A DNA stretch of 64,000 bases from Faecousia sp. (GCA_045628065.1 JAZQOW010000054.1:20968-84967); one strand, 5' to 3'. Shown: positions 9,277 to 18,855, counted from the stretch's first letter. A program made the numbers and translations. The notes: generated from the letters alone by a model not told the origin.

Positions 9277-9975
9277 ATGAAGCGATCTTTCTCCACAGAG
9301 CTTTCCTATGTGCTGGGACTCCTCACACTGGCCTTGGGAGCTGCCTCCATGGAGCGGGCGAACTTCGGCATGTCCATGATCGTCGCTCCGGCCTATGTGC
9401 TCTACCGGAAGCTCTCTCTTGTCCTTCCGTTTTTCACCTTCGGCATGGCAGAATACACCATGCAGGCGATCCTTTTGGTGATCATGCTGCTGGTGCTCCG
9501 GAAATTCCGCCTCAGCTTCCTGTTCTCCTTTGTCACGGCTGTGGTCTACGGCCTGATTCTTGACGGTGCGATGTGGCTTACAGGATTGATCCCGATGGAG
9601 CATTTTCTTGCCAGAGGCGCGGGCTATGTGATCGGTATGCTGCTGAGCTCCTTTGGCGTCAGCCTGATGTTCCATACCTACATTGCCCCGGAGGTCTATG
9701 AGCTGTTTGTCAAGGAGCTGTCGGCAAAGCACCAGATTCCCATCTATAAATACAAGACGGGCTATGATATCGCCAGCTGCCTGATTGCGGTTGTGCTGTC
9801 CTTCCTCTTCTTCGGCTTCGGCGTCTTCGTCGGGGTGAGACTGGGCACCATTCTCTGCGCCCTTGTCAATGGCTCGATCATCGGCTTCTTCAGCCGCATT
9901 CTGGAAGGCCGCTTCGATTTCTCTGACCGCCTGCCCTTCCGCAAATTCTTTGAGCAGACGACCCAAGCCGTATAA
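9277..9975 (+). CDS. polytopic membrane protein (YczE/DUF6198-like; family call tentative)
   Basis: The track ORF starts at 9196 inside asd. ATG 9277 (MKRSFSTELSYVLGLLTLALG) lies 2 nt after the asd stop. Hydrophobic throughout. Confidence 0.7.
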   Translation: MKRSFSTELSYVLGLLTLALGAASMERANFGMSMIVAPAYVLYRKLSLVLPFFTFGMAEYTMQAILLVIMLLVLRKFRLSFLFSFVTAVVYGLILDGAMWLTGLIPMEHFLARGAGYVIGMLLSSFGVSLMFHTYIAPEVYELFVKELSAKHQIPIYKYKTGYDIASCLIAVVLSFLFFGFGVFVGVRLGTILCALVNGSIIGFFSRILEGRFDFSDRLPFRKFFEQTTQAV

Positions 9976-9981
9976 TCAGAT

Positions 9982-10016
9982 AAAAAAAGAACTGCCCATG
10001 CGGGCAGTTCTTTTTT
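9982..10016. terminator. bidirectional rho-independent terminator
   Basis: AAAAAAAGAACTGCCC ATGC GGGCAGTTCTTTTTT lies between convergent genes. There is an A-run on the left and a T-run on the right. Confidence 0.85.
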
Positions 10017-10023
10017 AATAGGA

Positions 10024-10392
10024 TCAAAGTGTCTCAATCGCAGCATCGGGGGCGTTGCGCTTGATGGAGTCGATGCCGTTGAGGCAGCCGGACTTGCTCT
10101 TGTAGCCTTCGCCGGTGGCGATGATCTGGCCGTTTGCGGCCTTCAGGCGGAAGCGGAATTCACCGGCCTTGTCCTGATAGACCTCGAATTTCGGGTTCTT
10201 GCAGACTTCGTAATCGGCGACGGTCTGGTCTTCGATGGGGGCGATGGGGGCGTTGCGCTTGACGGAGTCAATGCCGTTGCGGCAGGCAGGCTCTCCGGAG
10301 TAGATTTCGGAGGTTGCGATGACTTCGCCGTTGTTTGCTTTCAGATTGAACATGAGGCCGGTCTTGGCTTCCTTAATGACGAATTTTCCCAT
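10024..10392 (-). CDS. YegP family protein (two DUF1508 repeats)
   Basis: 122 aa with two tandem repeats: GEVIATSEIYSGEPACRNGIDSVKRNA and GQIIATGEGYKSKSGCLNGIDSIKRNA. Confidence 0.85.
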   Translation of the reverse strand: MGKFVIKEAKTGLMFNLKANNGEVIATSEIYSGEPACRNGIDSVKRNAPIAPIEDQTVADYEVCKNPKFEVYQDKAGEFRFRLKAANGQIIATGEGYKSKSGCLNGIDSIKRNAPDAAIETL

Positions 10393-10463
10393 GGATATAC
10401 CACCTTTATGTTTTTATTCTTTACATCTGACCTTTTTTCAACAGGAAAGATGCTGGTTATGAA

Positions 10464-11225
10464 TTACTCTTCGCGGATCACGATGGATTCGATGATGGGC
10501 TGCGCATCGGGGGGGATGGTGCCGTTGTCATCGGTGGGCTGGGCGTCAGCGCAGATGGCATCAACAATGTCCATGCCTTCGGTGACATGGCCGAAGCCGG
10601 CATAGTTGCCGTCGAGGAAGGTGCTGTCGGACTGGACAATGAAGAACTGGCAGCTGGCGCTGTCAAAGTCGTTGCTGCGGGCCATGGAGATGGTGCCGCG
10701 GGTGTGGGAGATGTTGTTCTCGTGGCCGTTGGCGGCGAATTCGCCTTCGATCGTATAGCCGGCGCCGCCGGAGCCGGTGCCGGTGGGATCGCCGCCCTGC
10801 ATCATGAAGCCGTCCATAATGCGGTGGAAGGTGAGCTCATCATAGAAGTGCTTTCGGGAAAGCTCAACAAAGTTCTGCACGGAGATGGGAGCCTGCGATG
10901 CGTCCAGCTCAACGGTAATGGTGCCGTAATCCTGCACGGTAATATCGGCATAATAGGTCTTGGTAACATCAAAGGTTTTGGAATCCGGGAGAGCAGTGTT
11001 GTCGGCTTCTTCCTCGGCTTCGGCATCAGTATCGGTGCCTGCTTCGGTTTGGGCAGCGGCATCCAGAGCGGTGGGTTCGGCCTCTACGGGCGGCTGTGCT
11101 TTCACTGCCATGAACACACAGGCGATGATGAGCAGTGCACTCAGGATGCAGATGAGGGTGATTTGCCCGGAGGTGAGCTTCTTCGGGGCTTTCTTTTTGC
11201 TGGTGTAAGTTGTTTTCTTTGCCAT
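10464..11225 (-). CDS. membrane-anchored cyclophilin-type peptidyl-prolyl isomerase
   Basis: The 582-aa track ORF is an artefactual upstream extension. ATG 11225 gives 253 aa: MAKKTTYTSKKKAPKK, a TM segment, an acidic Ala/Glu/Thr linker, then the cyclophilin core (FHRIMDGFMMQGGDP, GHVTEGMDIVD). Confidence 0.88.
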   Translation of the reverse strand: MAKKTTYTSKKKAPKKLTSGQITLICILSALLIIACVFMAVKAQPPVEAEPTALDAAAQTEAGTDTDAEAEEEADNTALPDSKTFDVTKTYYADITVQDYGTITVELDASQAPISVQNFVELSRKHFYDELTFHRIMDGFMMQGGDPTGTGSGGAGYTIEGEFAANGHENNISHTRGTISMARSNDFDSASCQFFIVQSDSTFLDGNYAGFGHVTEGMDIVDAICADAQPTDDNGTIPPDAQPIIESIVIREE

Positions 11226-11375
11226 GGGGTGATGTCCTTTCTCATCAGATGATGGTTGACTTATGCCTTCGGATGAGCCGGAGGGAAAAGCCGGTGCAGC
11301 GATCGGAGGCGCTGACTTTTTCTTATTATAACATAGTTTTACAAAAAATGAAGAGTGTTTTTGTGATAAGCGCAG

Positions 11376-11405
11376 AAAAATGGCCGCCCCCGGATGGGAG
11401 CGGCC
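11376..11405 (-). terminator. rho-independent terminator after the MATE gene
   Basis: Reverse strand: GGCCGC, loop, GCGGCC, followed by ATTTTT. Confidence 0.65.
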
Positions 11406-11413
11406 AGAAGCTT

Positions 11414-12811
11414 TTATAGGGTGACCATGGATTTTGTGCGCTTGCGGTACAGGCTGACGGTGAAGATCACGGCGAGGATGCAGGAGGCGACCTCCGCGAT
11501 GGGGAAGGCGAGCCAGACGAGGTTCTGCGCATTGGGCTGCCTGGACAGGAACCATGCAACCGGCAGTGCGACGATGATCATGCGCAGCAGGGAAATGAGC
11601 AGGGAGTAGATTCCGTTGCCCAGTGCCTGACAGGCACCCTGCAAAATGATGTTGATACCCACGAACAGGAAGCCGAGGGTAATGATCCGCAGAGCGACCA
11701 CGCAAAGCTCGGCAGCGCCCTGCGAGACAGCGAACCAGCCGACCACCTGCCGCGCAAAGAGCTGCAGCAGCACAGTGCCCGCCAGCATGAGCGTGCATGA
11801 GAAGAGCATGCCGCTGAGGATGGCGTCGCGGATACGCTTTTTCTCCCGTGCACCGTAGTTGAAGGCGATGATGGGCACAGAGGCGTTGTTCAGGCCGAAG
11901 GCGGGCATGAAGATGAAGCTTTGCAGCTTGAAGTAGATACCGTAGGCTGTGATGGCATACTCGGAGATGGTGGAAAGAATCAGGTTGATGCCGTAGGTCA
12001 TGACGGAGGTCAGCGCCTGCATGGCAATGGCGGGAGCGCCAACGGTGAAAATTCTGCCGATGATCCTGAGATCCGGCTTGAGCATGGAAAGGCGGCTCTC
12101 CAGCTCCTTGTTTTTCCAGACATGGAGGATCATCGCGGCAACCCACGAAGCCCACTGACCGATGACGGTGGCCACAGCGGCACCGGCAACACCCATCGCG
12201 GGAAGGCCGCACCAGCCGAAGATGAAGAACGGGTCCAGCACAATGTTGGTAATGGCGCCGACCAGCTGCCCTACCATAGCGCAGGTGGTTTTGCCGGTGG
12301 ATTGCAGCAGCTTCTCAAAGCACATATAGCCGGTAACACCAAGCGACCACACGGTGAGGATGCGCAGATAATCGCTGCCGAATTGCAGAGTTACGGGGTC
12401 AGTGGTCTGTGTGCCGATATACCAGCGGGTGCCGAGGAAGCCGAAAGCGGCGATGATGACAAAATAGACGAAGCTGAGCACTACGGAGTTGCCCGCAATG
12501 CGGCTGGCAAGCTTCCGGTCGCCTTCACCGAGGCTCTTGGAAAGGGCTGCATTCACACCCACGCCTGTGCCGACGCACAGGGCGGTGATCAGCAGCTGAA
12601 TGGGGAAGGCCAGCGCCAGTGCGCTGACGGCCTTATCGCCTGCATGAACGATGGCGGCGGTATCGGGGATATGGGAGACGTACAGGCTGTCTATTACATT
12701 ATAAAGCGCCTGTACCAGCATGGACAGCATCATCGGTGCGCCCATAGAGATCATAAGCTTGGGGACGGGGAGGTAGCCCATGGGGTTTCGGGCTGTGCGT
12801 TGTTCGTTCAT
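11414..12811 (-). CDS. MATE family efflux transporter
   Basis: ATG 12811 (MNEQRTARNPMGYLPVPKLMISMGAPMMLSML) follows a GGAGAA RBS. 12-TM NorM-like organisation. Confidence 0.88.
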   Translation of the reverse strand: MNEQRTARNPMGYLPVPKLMISMGAPMMLSMLVQALYNVIDSLYVSHIPDTAAIVHAGDKAVSALALAFPIQLLITALCVGTGVGVNAALSKSLGEGDRKLASRIAGNSVVLSFVYFVIIAAFGFLGTRWYIGTQTTDPVTLQFGSDYLRILTVWSLGVTGYMCFEKLLQSTGKTTCAMVGQLVGAITNIVLDPFFIFGWCGLPAMGVAGAAVATVIGQWASWVAAMILHVWKNKELESRLSMLKPDLRIIGRIFTVGAPAIAMQALTSVMTYGINLILSTISEYAITAYGIYFKLQSFIFMPAFGLNNASVPIIAFNYGAREKKRIRDAILSGMLFSCTLMLAGTVLLQLFARQVVGWFAVSQGAAELCVVALRIITLGFLFVGINIILQGACQALGNGIYSLLISLLRMIIVALPVAWFLSRQPNAQNLVWLAFPIAEVASCILAVIFTVSLYRKRTKSMVTL

Positions 12812-12864
12812 AGAGTTCTCCTGACGTATAATTCGGGATCTGGCAAGCAGATCCCGAAGCTGTT

Positions 12865-13344
12865 TTATTCGGCCATGGCACGGAGGGTATCGCCGGAGAG
12901 GCGGTAGATGGTCCAGTCGTGCATGGGCTGTGCGTTCAATGAAAGGTAGAAGTCGATGCTTGGCTGATTCCAGTCGAGGCAGACCCATTCCAGCCGTCCG
13001 CAGCCGCGCTCCAGAGCGAGCTGTGCCAGACGGCGGAGCAGCGCCTTCCCGTAGCCCCTGCCGCGGTATTCGGGCAGGATAAACAGGTCTTCCAGATAAA
13101 TGCCCGCTCTGCCCTGAAATGTAGAGAAGTTGTGGAAGAACAGGGCAAAGCCGATGGGCTTGGAATCGACCTCAGGCAGCAGGACTTCTGCCTTCTGCTT
13201 TTCAAAAATCCATTCTCTGAGGATTTCCGGAGTTGCAACGACCTGATCGCTCAGATGCTCATATTCTGCAAGCGCCTTGATGAAGTACAGAATCGTTTCG
13301 GCATCCTCCGGCTGTGCAGGGCGAATTGTAAATTGTTCGTTCAT
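12865..13344 (-). CDS. GNAT family N-acetyltransferase (diamine acetyltransferase-like)
   Basis: ATG 13344 (MNEQFTIRPAQPEDAE). Acetyl-CoA binding motif EYRGRGYGKALL. Confidence 0.85.
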   Translation of the reverse strand: MNEQFTIRPAQPEDAETILYFIKALAEYEHLSDQVVATPEILREWIFEKQKAEVLLPEVDSKPIGFALFFHNFSTFQGRAGIYLEDLFILPEYRGRGYGKALLRRLAQLALERGCGRLEWVCLDWNQPSIDFYLSLNAQPMHDWTIYRLSGDTLRAMAE

Positions 13345-13351
13345 GGGCAAA

Positions 13352-14647
13352 TCAGCCCTCACGTTCTGCCTCGATCTTCTGGATGCGGGCGATATTGACG
13401 TATTCATAGGTATTGAAGTAGCGATCGAGATCTTCGTCGAATACTTCCGGGTCAATGGTGCCTTCGTACCAGCTCTTGCCTTCGAAGTATTCGCGCAGCC
13501 AGTCCAGAACAAAGCGGCGGCCATGGCGGGCGAAGATTTCGTTTCTGGCAATGATCAGCTGCTCCGTGGACAGCTCACGCAGAGAATCAACCGTGATATA
13601 AGCGGTAGAGCTGTTGGAAACCAGATAATCCTCTGTAGTAACCAGCGCTTCACCTTCCGGATAGGAGGGAGGAGGCGTCGGCGTGGGATTCGTCTGCTGA
13701 TTGCCCTGAGAACCCTGATTGCTCTGAGAGCCCTGGTTGCTCTGGGAACCCTGGCTGCTCTGAGAGCCCTGATTGCTCTGCGAACCCTGGCTGCCCTGAG
13801 AGCTCTGGTTGCTCTGGGGTTGCGGCTTCGGCTGGGGGGCAGGCGCGGGCTGAGGTGCGGGCGTGACCTTGACTGTGCCCTTGAGGGTAAGAGCCTTGCC
13901 GGTGGGCAGGCTGACCGTGGCGGTAATGACAGCATCACCTTCGCCGACGGCCTGCACGCGGCCATCGCTCACGGCGGCGATCTTGGGGTCCGTGGTTTCC
14001 CACACGGTGGTGGCCTTGATATCTTCCTGCGCCGGATCGGCGGTGATGACCACAGTAAAGCTTTCCGCAGTTCCGGCGGTCAGCTCCATGGATTCAGGCT
14101 CCAGCACGGCGGTGTATTCAACGGGAGGCTCCAGCACAGTGAAGGGGAAGTCGGATTCAAGAACCTGCCCATCGTCCAGCGTGAAGGTGGCGTGAATGAT
14201 GGTATTGCCCGGCTTGAGCGGGGTGACAATGCCGTTTTTCACGCTTGCAACGGTCTTGTTGCTGGAAATCCATTCATACTTGCTGATATTGGGGACAGGG
14301 CTGATGTTGGCGCTGAGCGTGACCTCTTCGCCGACATCGGCTTCTGCCTTGCCGGTGATTTTCAGCGTATAGGCAACAGGGTCGGGTTCCGGCGTGGGTT
14401 CTTCCACGGCGGCGGGATCATTTTCGGGGATTACGTTCTCGGGTTTGCTGCTCATTTTCCAGATGATGAACGCAGCGAGAATGCACAGGGCAATCAGTCC
14501 GAGAATGACCGGCAGAAGCCACTTGCGCTTGGGCTTTTTCGGCGCGGGGAGGTCGGCTTCAATGCCTTCTTCAGCGCAGCGCGTTCCGCAGTAACGGCAG
14601 TAAAGCGCCTGATCGGGCAGCTCACGACCACATTGTTTACAATACAT
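13352..14647 (-). CDS. zinc-ribbon / TM / Big_2 / YARHG domain surface protein
   Basis: 431 aa. In order: MYCKQCGRELPDQALYCRYCG zinc ribbon, a TM segment, two Ig-like Big_2-type segments (VASVKNGIVTPLKPGNT; IAAVSDGRVQAVGEGDAVITA), a PAPQP and SQGSQ low-complexity linker, and a C-terminal YARHG motif (IARNEIFARHGRRF). Confidence 0.85.
   Translation of the reverse strand: MYCKQCGRELPDQALYCRYCGTRCAEEGIEADLPAPKKPKRKWLLPVILGLIALCILAAFIIWKMSSKPENVIPENDPAAVEEPTPEPDPVAYTLKITGKAEADVGEEVTLSANISPVPNISKYEWISSNKTVASVKNGIVTPLKPGNTIIHATFTLDDGQVLESDFPFTVLEPPVEYTAVLEPESMELTAGTAESFTVVITADPAQEDIKATTVWETTDPKIAAVSDGRVQAVGEGDAVITATVSLPTGKALTLKGTVKVTPAPQPAPAPQPKPQPQSNQSSQGSQGSQSNQGSQSSQGSQSNQGSQSNQGSQGNQQTNPTPTPPPSYPEGEALVTTEDYLVSNSSTAYITVDSLRELSTEQLIIARNEIFARHGRRFVLDWLREYFEGKSWYEGTIDPEVFDEDLDRYFNTYEYVNIARIQKIEAEREG
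13696..13816 (-). repeat. in-frame 18-nt tandem repeat encoding (G/S)SQ(S/G)NQ units
   Basis: About 6-7 imperfect copies of CTGAGAGCCCTGATTGCT-like units on the + strand. They encode SNQSSQGSQGSQSNQGSQSSQGSQSNQGSQSNQGSQGNQ. Confidence 0.8.
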
Positions 14648-14717
14648 TCAGATTCAGCTCCTTTATGTAGTGACAACCAAAAGGTGTTTGCGTGCGTAGT
14701 GCGTAAGGTTACATAAC

Positions 14718-14746
14718 ATTATAACATTTTTTTCGCCGGGATTCAA
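14718..14746 (-). promoter_or_regulatory. sigma70-like promoter with extended -10 for the zinc-ribbon gene
   Basis: Reverse strand: TTGAAT, 17-nt spacer, TGTTATAAT (TGn plus consensus -10). Confidence 0.55.
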
Positions 14747-14869
14747 CCGCTGTTTTCTTTCTTTGCAGGCAAAAGAGAGGAAATTGTTATTTTATCCAGA
14801 ATATAATAGAAATTCAGATTGCTTTTTGTTGGAATGTTTGGGGAGAAAAAAGTTTCTCCTTTAGATGGA

Positions 14870-14898
14870 TTGACAGTGCAAAAAACATATTGTATCAT
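14870..14898 (+). promoter_or_regulatory. sigma70-like promoter for ynbB-like operon
   Basis: TTGACA (14870-14875), 17-nt spacer, TATCAT (14893-14898). Confidence 0.55.
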
Positions 14899-14924
14899 CG
14901 TTATATTACAACTATAGGAGATAT

Positions 14925-16226
14925 ATGATGAAACTGGAATCCATGTATGCATCGCTGGGCATCTCCGGCGAGGTACTCGCGTTCGGTGAAGCGATATGCG
15001 GAAAGCTTGCAGCCCGCTTTGAGGAAATTGACCGCACAGCGGAATATAATCAGATGAAGGTGATTTCTGCCCTGCAGGCCAATCGGGTGGATGCCACCTG
15101 CTTTGCCGCAACGACCGGATATGGCTATAACGATATCGGGCGCGAAAAGCTCGAAAAGGTTTATGCGGATGTTTTCCACACGCAGGCGGCGCTGGTGCGC
15201 CCGCAGATCACCTGCGGCACCCATGCACTTGCGACGGCGCTCTCTGCAAATCTTCTGCCCGGGGATGAGGTGCTCTCTCCGGTGGGGCTGCCTTATGATA
15301 CCCTGCAGGAGGTCATCGGCATCCGCGAGAGCCGCTGCTCCTTAAAGGAATACGGCGTCAGCTATGCGCAGGTGGATCTGCTTCCCGACGGCGGCTTTGA
15401 CTATCCTGCCATAGAAAAGGCGATCGGTCCCAAGACCAAGCTCATTACCATCCAGCGCTCCAAGGGCTATGACAGCCGTCCCAGCTACGGCGCGGAGGAA
15501 ATCGGGCAGCTCATTGCCTTCTGCAAAAAGTGCAAGCCCGATGTGCTGTGTATGGTGGATAACTGCTACGGCGAATTTGTCGAGCGGCAGGAGCCGAGTG
15601 ATTTGGGCGCGGATATGGTGGTCGGTTCCCTGATCAAGAACCCCGGCGGCGGTCTTGCCCCGGTCGGCGGCTATATCTGCGGCACCGAGGAGTGCGTGGC
15701 GCGCTGCGCCTATCGCCTTTCCGCTCCCGGTCTGGGGCAGGAGGGCGGCGCGAATCTGGGTCTGCTTCCGGCGCTGTATCAGGGGCTGTTCCTCTCTCCG
15801 ACTGTAACGGCAGGCGCACTGAAGGGTGCGGTTTTTGCAGCCAATATCTATGAAGCTCTCGGCTTCAAGGTCATTCCCTCCGGCGATGCACCGCGCCATG
15901 ATATCATTCAGGCGGTGGAGCTTGGCTCCAAAGAGGCCATGTCTGCCTTCTGCAAGGGCATTCAGGCCGCAGCACCTGTGGACAGTTATGTGACCCCGGA
16001 GCCATGGGCAATGCCGGGCTATGATGCAGAGGTGATCATGGCGGCCGGTGCTTTCGTGCAGGGCAGCTCCATCGAGCTCTCGGCAGACGGCCCCATTCGT
16101 GAGCCCTATGCCGTATATTTCCAGGGCGGCCTGACCTGGTATCATGCCAAGCTGGGTATTCTGATGAGCCTGCAAAAAATGATTGATGGAGGACTGGCTG
16201 TCCTGCCGAAGGAGGACGTAAAATGA
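14925..16226 (+). CDS. YnbB / aluminium-resistance family PLP-dependent enzyme (Met_gamma_lyase-like)
   Basis: 433 aa. ATTGYGYNDIGREKLEKVYADVF and QRSKGY regions are typical of this family. GGAG RBS. Confidence 0.8.
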   Translation: MMKLESMYASLGISGEVLAFGEAICGKLAARFEEIDRTAEYNQMKVISALQANRVDATCFAATTGYGYNDIGREKLEKVYADVFHTQAALVRPQITCGTHALATALSANLLPGDEVLSPVGLPYDTLQEVIGIRESRCSLKEYGVSYAQVDLLPDGGFDYPAIEKAIGPKTKLITIQRSKGYDSRPSYGAEEIGQLIAFCKKCKPDVLCMVDNCYGEFVERQEPSDLGADMVVGSLIKNPGGGLAPVGGYICGTEECVARCAYRLSAPGLGQEGGANLGLLPALYQGLFLSPTVTAGALKGAVFAANIYEALGFKVIPSGDAPRHDIIQAVELGSKEAMSAFCKGIQAAAPVDSYVTPEPWAMPGYDAEVIMAAGAFVQGSSIELSADGPIREPYAVYFQGGLTWYHAKLGILMSLQKMIDGGLAVLPKEDVK

Positions 16227-17182
16227 GTTGGTTCTGGATCGCGCTTGCAGCAACGCTGTGCTGGGGCTGCGCGGATATGTTTTACAAGCTGGGCGCGGAG
16301 GAGACCGATCGCTACAGCCACTTAAAAACCACGATTTTTGTAGGTCTGGTGTTCGGACTTCACGCCGCCTATACCCTCCTGTTCGGAGAAATTGACTTTG
16401 ACTGGCGCAATCTGCTGCGTTATCTGCCGGTTTCTGCGATGTACATCGGCTCCATGGTGCTGGGCTATTGGGGGCTTCGCTATCTGGAGCTGTCCGTCAG
16501 CTCCCCGGTGCAGAATTGCTCGGGTGCGCTGGCCTGCATTCTCGGCATCGTGATTCTGGGTGAATTCCCTGAAACGCCGCTGGTCTGGGTGGGCATTGCT
16601 GCCTGCTGCCTCGGTGTCATCCTGCTGGGCGTTTTTGAAAAGCAGAAGCGGGATCTGGATGCAGAAAAAAATGAGGCGGAACGCAAATACCGCGTTGGTG
16701 CGCTGGCCTTCTTCCTGCCCATCGGCTACTGCATCATTGATACACTGGGCACCTTCCTCGATGATCCCTGCCTGTCGATGGATTCGACCTGGCTTGTGAA
16801 TGTCACGGAGGATACGATTGAGGAGGTCGGCAATACGGCCTATGAGCTGACCTTCCTCCTTGTTGCGCTGGTGCTGCTCGTTTTCCTTGCAGTCCGCAGC
16901 AGACAGACAGGGGCGAAGCTCATCTCCGGCGGCGGACGCAATGGTTATCGCCTGATCGCCGCTGTGTTTGAGACCGCAGGACAGTTTGCCTATGTCCATG
17001 TGATCGGCGGCAATGCCGTGGTTGCTGCGCCCATGATCGCCTCGTACTGCATGGTGTCGGTCGTTCTGTCCCGGGTGTTCCTCCGGGAGAAGCTTCCCCT
17101 GCGGCAGTATGCCTGCGTGGGACTGGCGTTTTTGGGTATCCTGCTGCTCGGTATTGCGGACGGACTTTCGGGAAATTTCTGA
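16223..17182 (+). CDS. DMT superfamily (EamA-like) transporter
   Basis: 319 aa, about 10 TM in two halves. ATGA start/stop overlap with the upstream gene. Confidence 0.75.
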   Translation: MSWFWIALAATLCWGCADMFYKLGAEETDRYSHLKTTIFVGLVFGLHAAYTLLFGEIDFDWRNLLRYLPVSAMYIGSMVLGYWGLRYLELSVSSPVQNCSGALACILGIVILGEFPETPLVWVGIAACCLGVILLGVFEKQKRDLDAEKNEAERKYRVGALAFFLPIGYCIIDTLGTFLDDPCLSMDSTWLVNVTEDTIEEVGNTAYELTFLLVALVLLVFLAVRSRQTGAKLISGGGRNGYRLIAAVFETAGQFAYVHVIGGNAVVAAPMIASYCMVSVVLSRVFLREKLPLRQYACVGLAFLGILLLGIADGLSGNF

Positions 17183-17255
17183 TCGCATACGAAATAGCGT
17201 CATTTCATACACAAATTCTGCTATAATTCCCTGCATTTTTGTGCACAATAGGATA

Positions 17256-17284
17256 TTTACAGATACACTTTACTATGGTAAAAT
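17256..17284 (+). promoter_or_regulatory. sigma70-like promoter (extended -10) for ABC importer 1
   Basis: TTTACA, 17-nt spacer ending in TGG, TAAAAT. Confidence 0.45.
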
Positions 17285-17331
17285 GCTACCATACTAGAAG
17301 CGCTGCGGCGCAATAAAAAGGAGTACATGAA

Positions 17332-18105
17332 ATGAAAAAGATTATCGCTCTGCTGCTTGCTATCGTCATGGTAGCTTGCCTGTTCACCGGCTGCGGCAAG
17401 AAGAACGCATCCGATTTTGAGACCGTTGCCGAGGACGGCAAGGTTATCGTTGGCATTACCGATTTTGCTCCCATGGACTATAAGGATGACAACGGCGAAT
17501 GGACCGGCTTCGATGCAGAACTGGCTCGCCAGGTCTTTGCCAAGCTGGATCTCGAAGTTGAATTCATCGAGATTGATTGGGACAACAAGATTCTTGAGCT
17601 CGACGGCGGCTCCATCGACTGCGTATGGAACGGCATGACCCTTTCCGATGAGGTGCTCAAGGGTATGCAGTGCACCGATCCCTATGTTGTCAACGCACAG
17701 GTCATCGTCACCACCCCCGAGAACAAGCTGGGCGACGCTGTTGAAGATTATGCCGATCTGGCTTATTCCGTAGAAGCAGGCTCCGCCGGCGAATCCACTG
17801 CCAAGAACAATGGCTATGCCAATGTCACCGCTGTCAGCACCCAGGCCAACGCTCTGATGGAAGTTGCTTCCGGCTCCGCTGATGCCTGCATCATCGACCT
17901 GACCATGGCCAATGCCATGACCGGCGAAGGCACCAGCTATGCAAACCTGACCAAGGTTCTCGAGCTCGACCGCGAAGAGTACGGCATCGGCTTCCGCAAG
18001 GGCTCCGATCTGTGCACCAAGGTCAACGAAATCCTCAAGGCAATGAAGGCCGACGGCTCCATGCAGGCTCTGGCCGATGAGTACGAGCTGACTGTCTGCA
18101 AGTAA
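17332..18105 (+). CDS. polar amino acid ABC transporter substrate-binding lipoprotein
   Basis: 257 aa. Lipobox LFTGC. Canonical colinear SBP_bac_3 layout (VIVGITDFAPMDYKD ... EEYGIGFRKGSDLCTKVNEILKAMKADGS). Confidence 0.88.
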   Translation: MKKIIALLLAIVMVACLFTGCGKKNASDFETVAEDGKVIVGITDFAPMDYKDDNGEWTGFDAELARQVFAKLDLEVEFIEIDWDNKILELDGGSIDCVWNGMTLSDEVLKGMQCTDPYVVNAQVIVTTPENKLGDAVEDYADLAYSVEAGSAGESTAKNNGYANVTAVSTQANALMEVASGSADACIIDLTMANAMTGEGTSYANLTKVLELDREEYGIGFRKGSDLCTKVNEILKAMKADGSMQALADEYELTVCK

Positions 18106-18124
18106 TACATAAGAATTTCATATT

Positions 18125-18152
18125 GAGGCAGAGGGTAAGCGCTCTCTGCCTC
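18125..18152 (+). promoter_or_regulatory. intra-operon hairpin after the binding-protein gene (attenuator or RNA stabiliser)
   Basis: GAGGCAGAG, 10-nt loop, CTCTGCCTC. No U-tract. Confidence 0.4.
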
Positions 18153-18180
18153 ATGCTGTTAAGAAAGGGAAGCTAATTAT

Positions 18181-18843
18181 ATGTTCTGGACTGTAACCAT
18201 GTCCCTGCTGGAAGGCTTCTGGATGACACTGAAGCTCTTCCTTCTGACGCTTGCCTGCGCCATCCCGCTGGGGCTGGTGCTGGGTCTCGGCTCCATGAGC
18301 CGCTGGAAGCCGCTGAAGTATCTGGTGGATTTTGTCGTTTGGGTCATCCGCGGCACGCCTCTGATGCTCCAGCTTGTTGTGATTTATTACGGCCCCGGCC
18401 TGATCCTGGGTCTGAAAAGCTTCTGGGGCAGCGGCGCAGAGGGCCGCTTTATTGCCACTCTGGTCGCTTTTGTGATCAATTATTCCTGCTATTTCTCTGT
18501 CATTTACAGGGGCGGTATTGAAGCCATCCCGCGTGGGCAGTATGAGGCGGGACAGGTGCTGGGCATGACCCGGAGACAGATTTTCTTCAAGGTCATTCTG
18601 CTTCAGGTCATCAAGCGTATCGTGCCCCCCATGTCCAATGAAATCATTACGCTGGTCAAGGATACCTCCCTTGCCCGCACCATTGCCTGCTACGAGATCA
18701 TCTGGAATGCACAGGCCTTTATCAAGACCGATGGCCTGATCTGGCCGCTGTTCTATACCGGCGCATTCTATCTGGTCTTCTCGGGTATTCTGACGCTCCT
18801 GTTCAACAAGCTGGAGCGGAAGATGGATTATTTCCGCGTGTAA
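18181..18843 (+). CDS. amino acid ABC transporter permease (HisM/GlnP type)
   Basis: 220 aa, 5 TM. EAA-type loop region EAIPRGQYEAGQVLGMT. Confidence 0.88.
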   Translation: MFWTVTMSLLEGFWMTLKLFLLTLACAIPLGLVLGLGSMSRWKPLKYLVDFVVWVIRGTPLMLQLVVIYYGPGLILGLKSFWGSGAEGRFIATLVAFVINYSCYFSVIYRGGIEAIPRGQYEAGQVLGMTRRQIFFKVILLQVIKRIVPPMSNEIITLVKDTSLARTIACYEIIWNAQAFIKTDGLIWPLFYTGAFYLVFSGILTLLFNKLERKMDYFRV

Positions 18844-18855
18844 GGAGGACGGATC

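Noticed and set aside
10464-12212. 582-aa reading of the cyclophilin ORF
   Set aside because: The upstream ~330 codons overlap the MATE gene in another frame and are Arg/His/Cys/Pro-rich nonsense. An internal ATG at 11225 gives a sensible anchored cyclophilin.
13696-13816. CRISPR-like regular repeats
   Set aside because: The units are contiguous 18-nt in-frame repeats with no spacers. They lie inside a well-supported CDS and encode a Ser/Gln/Gly linker.
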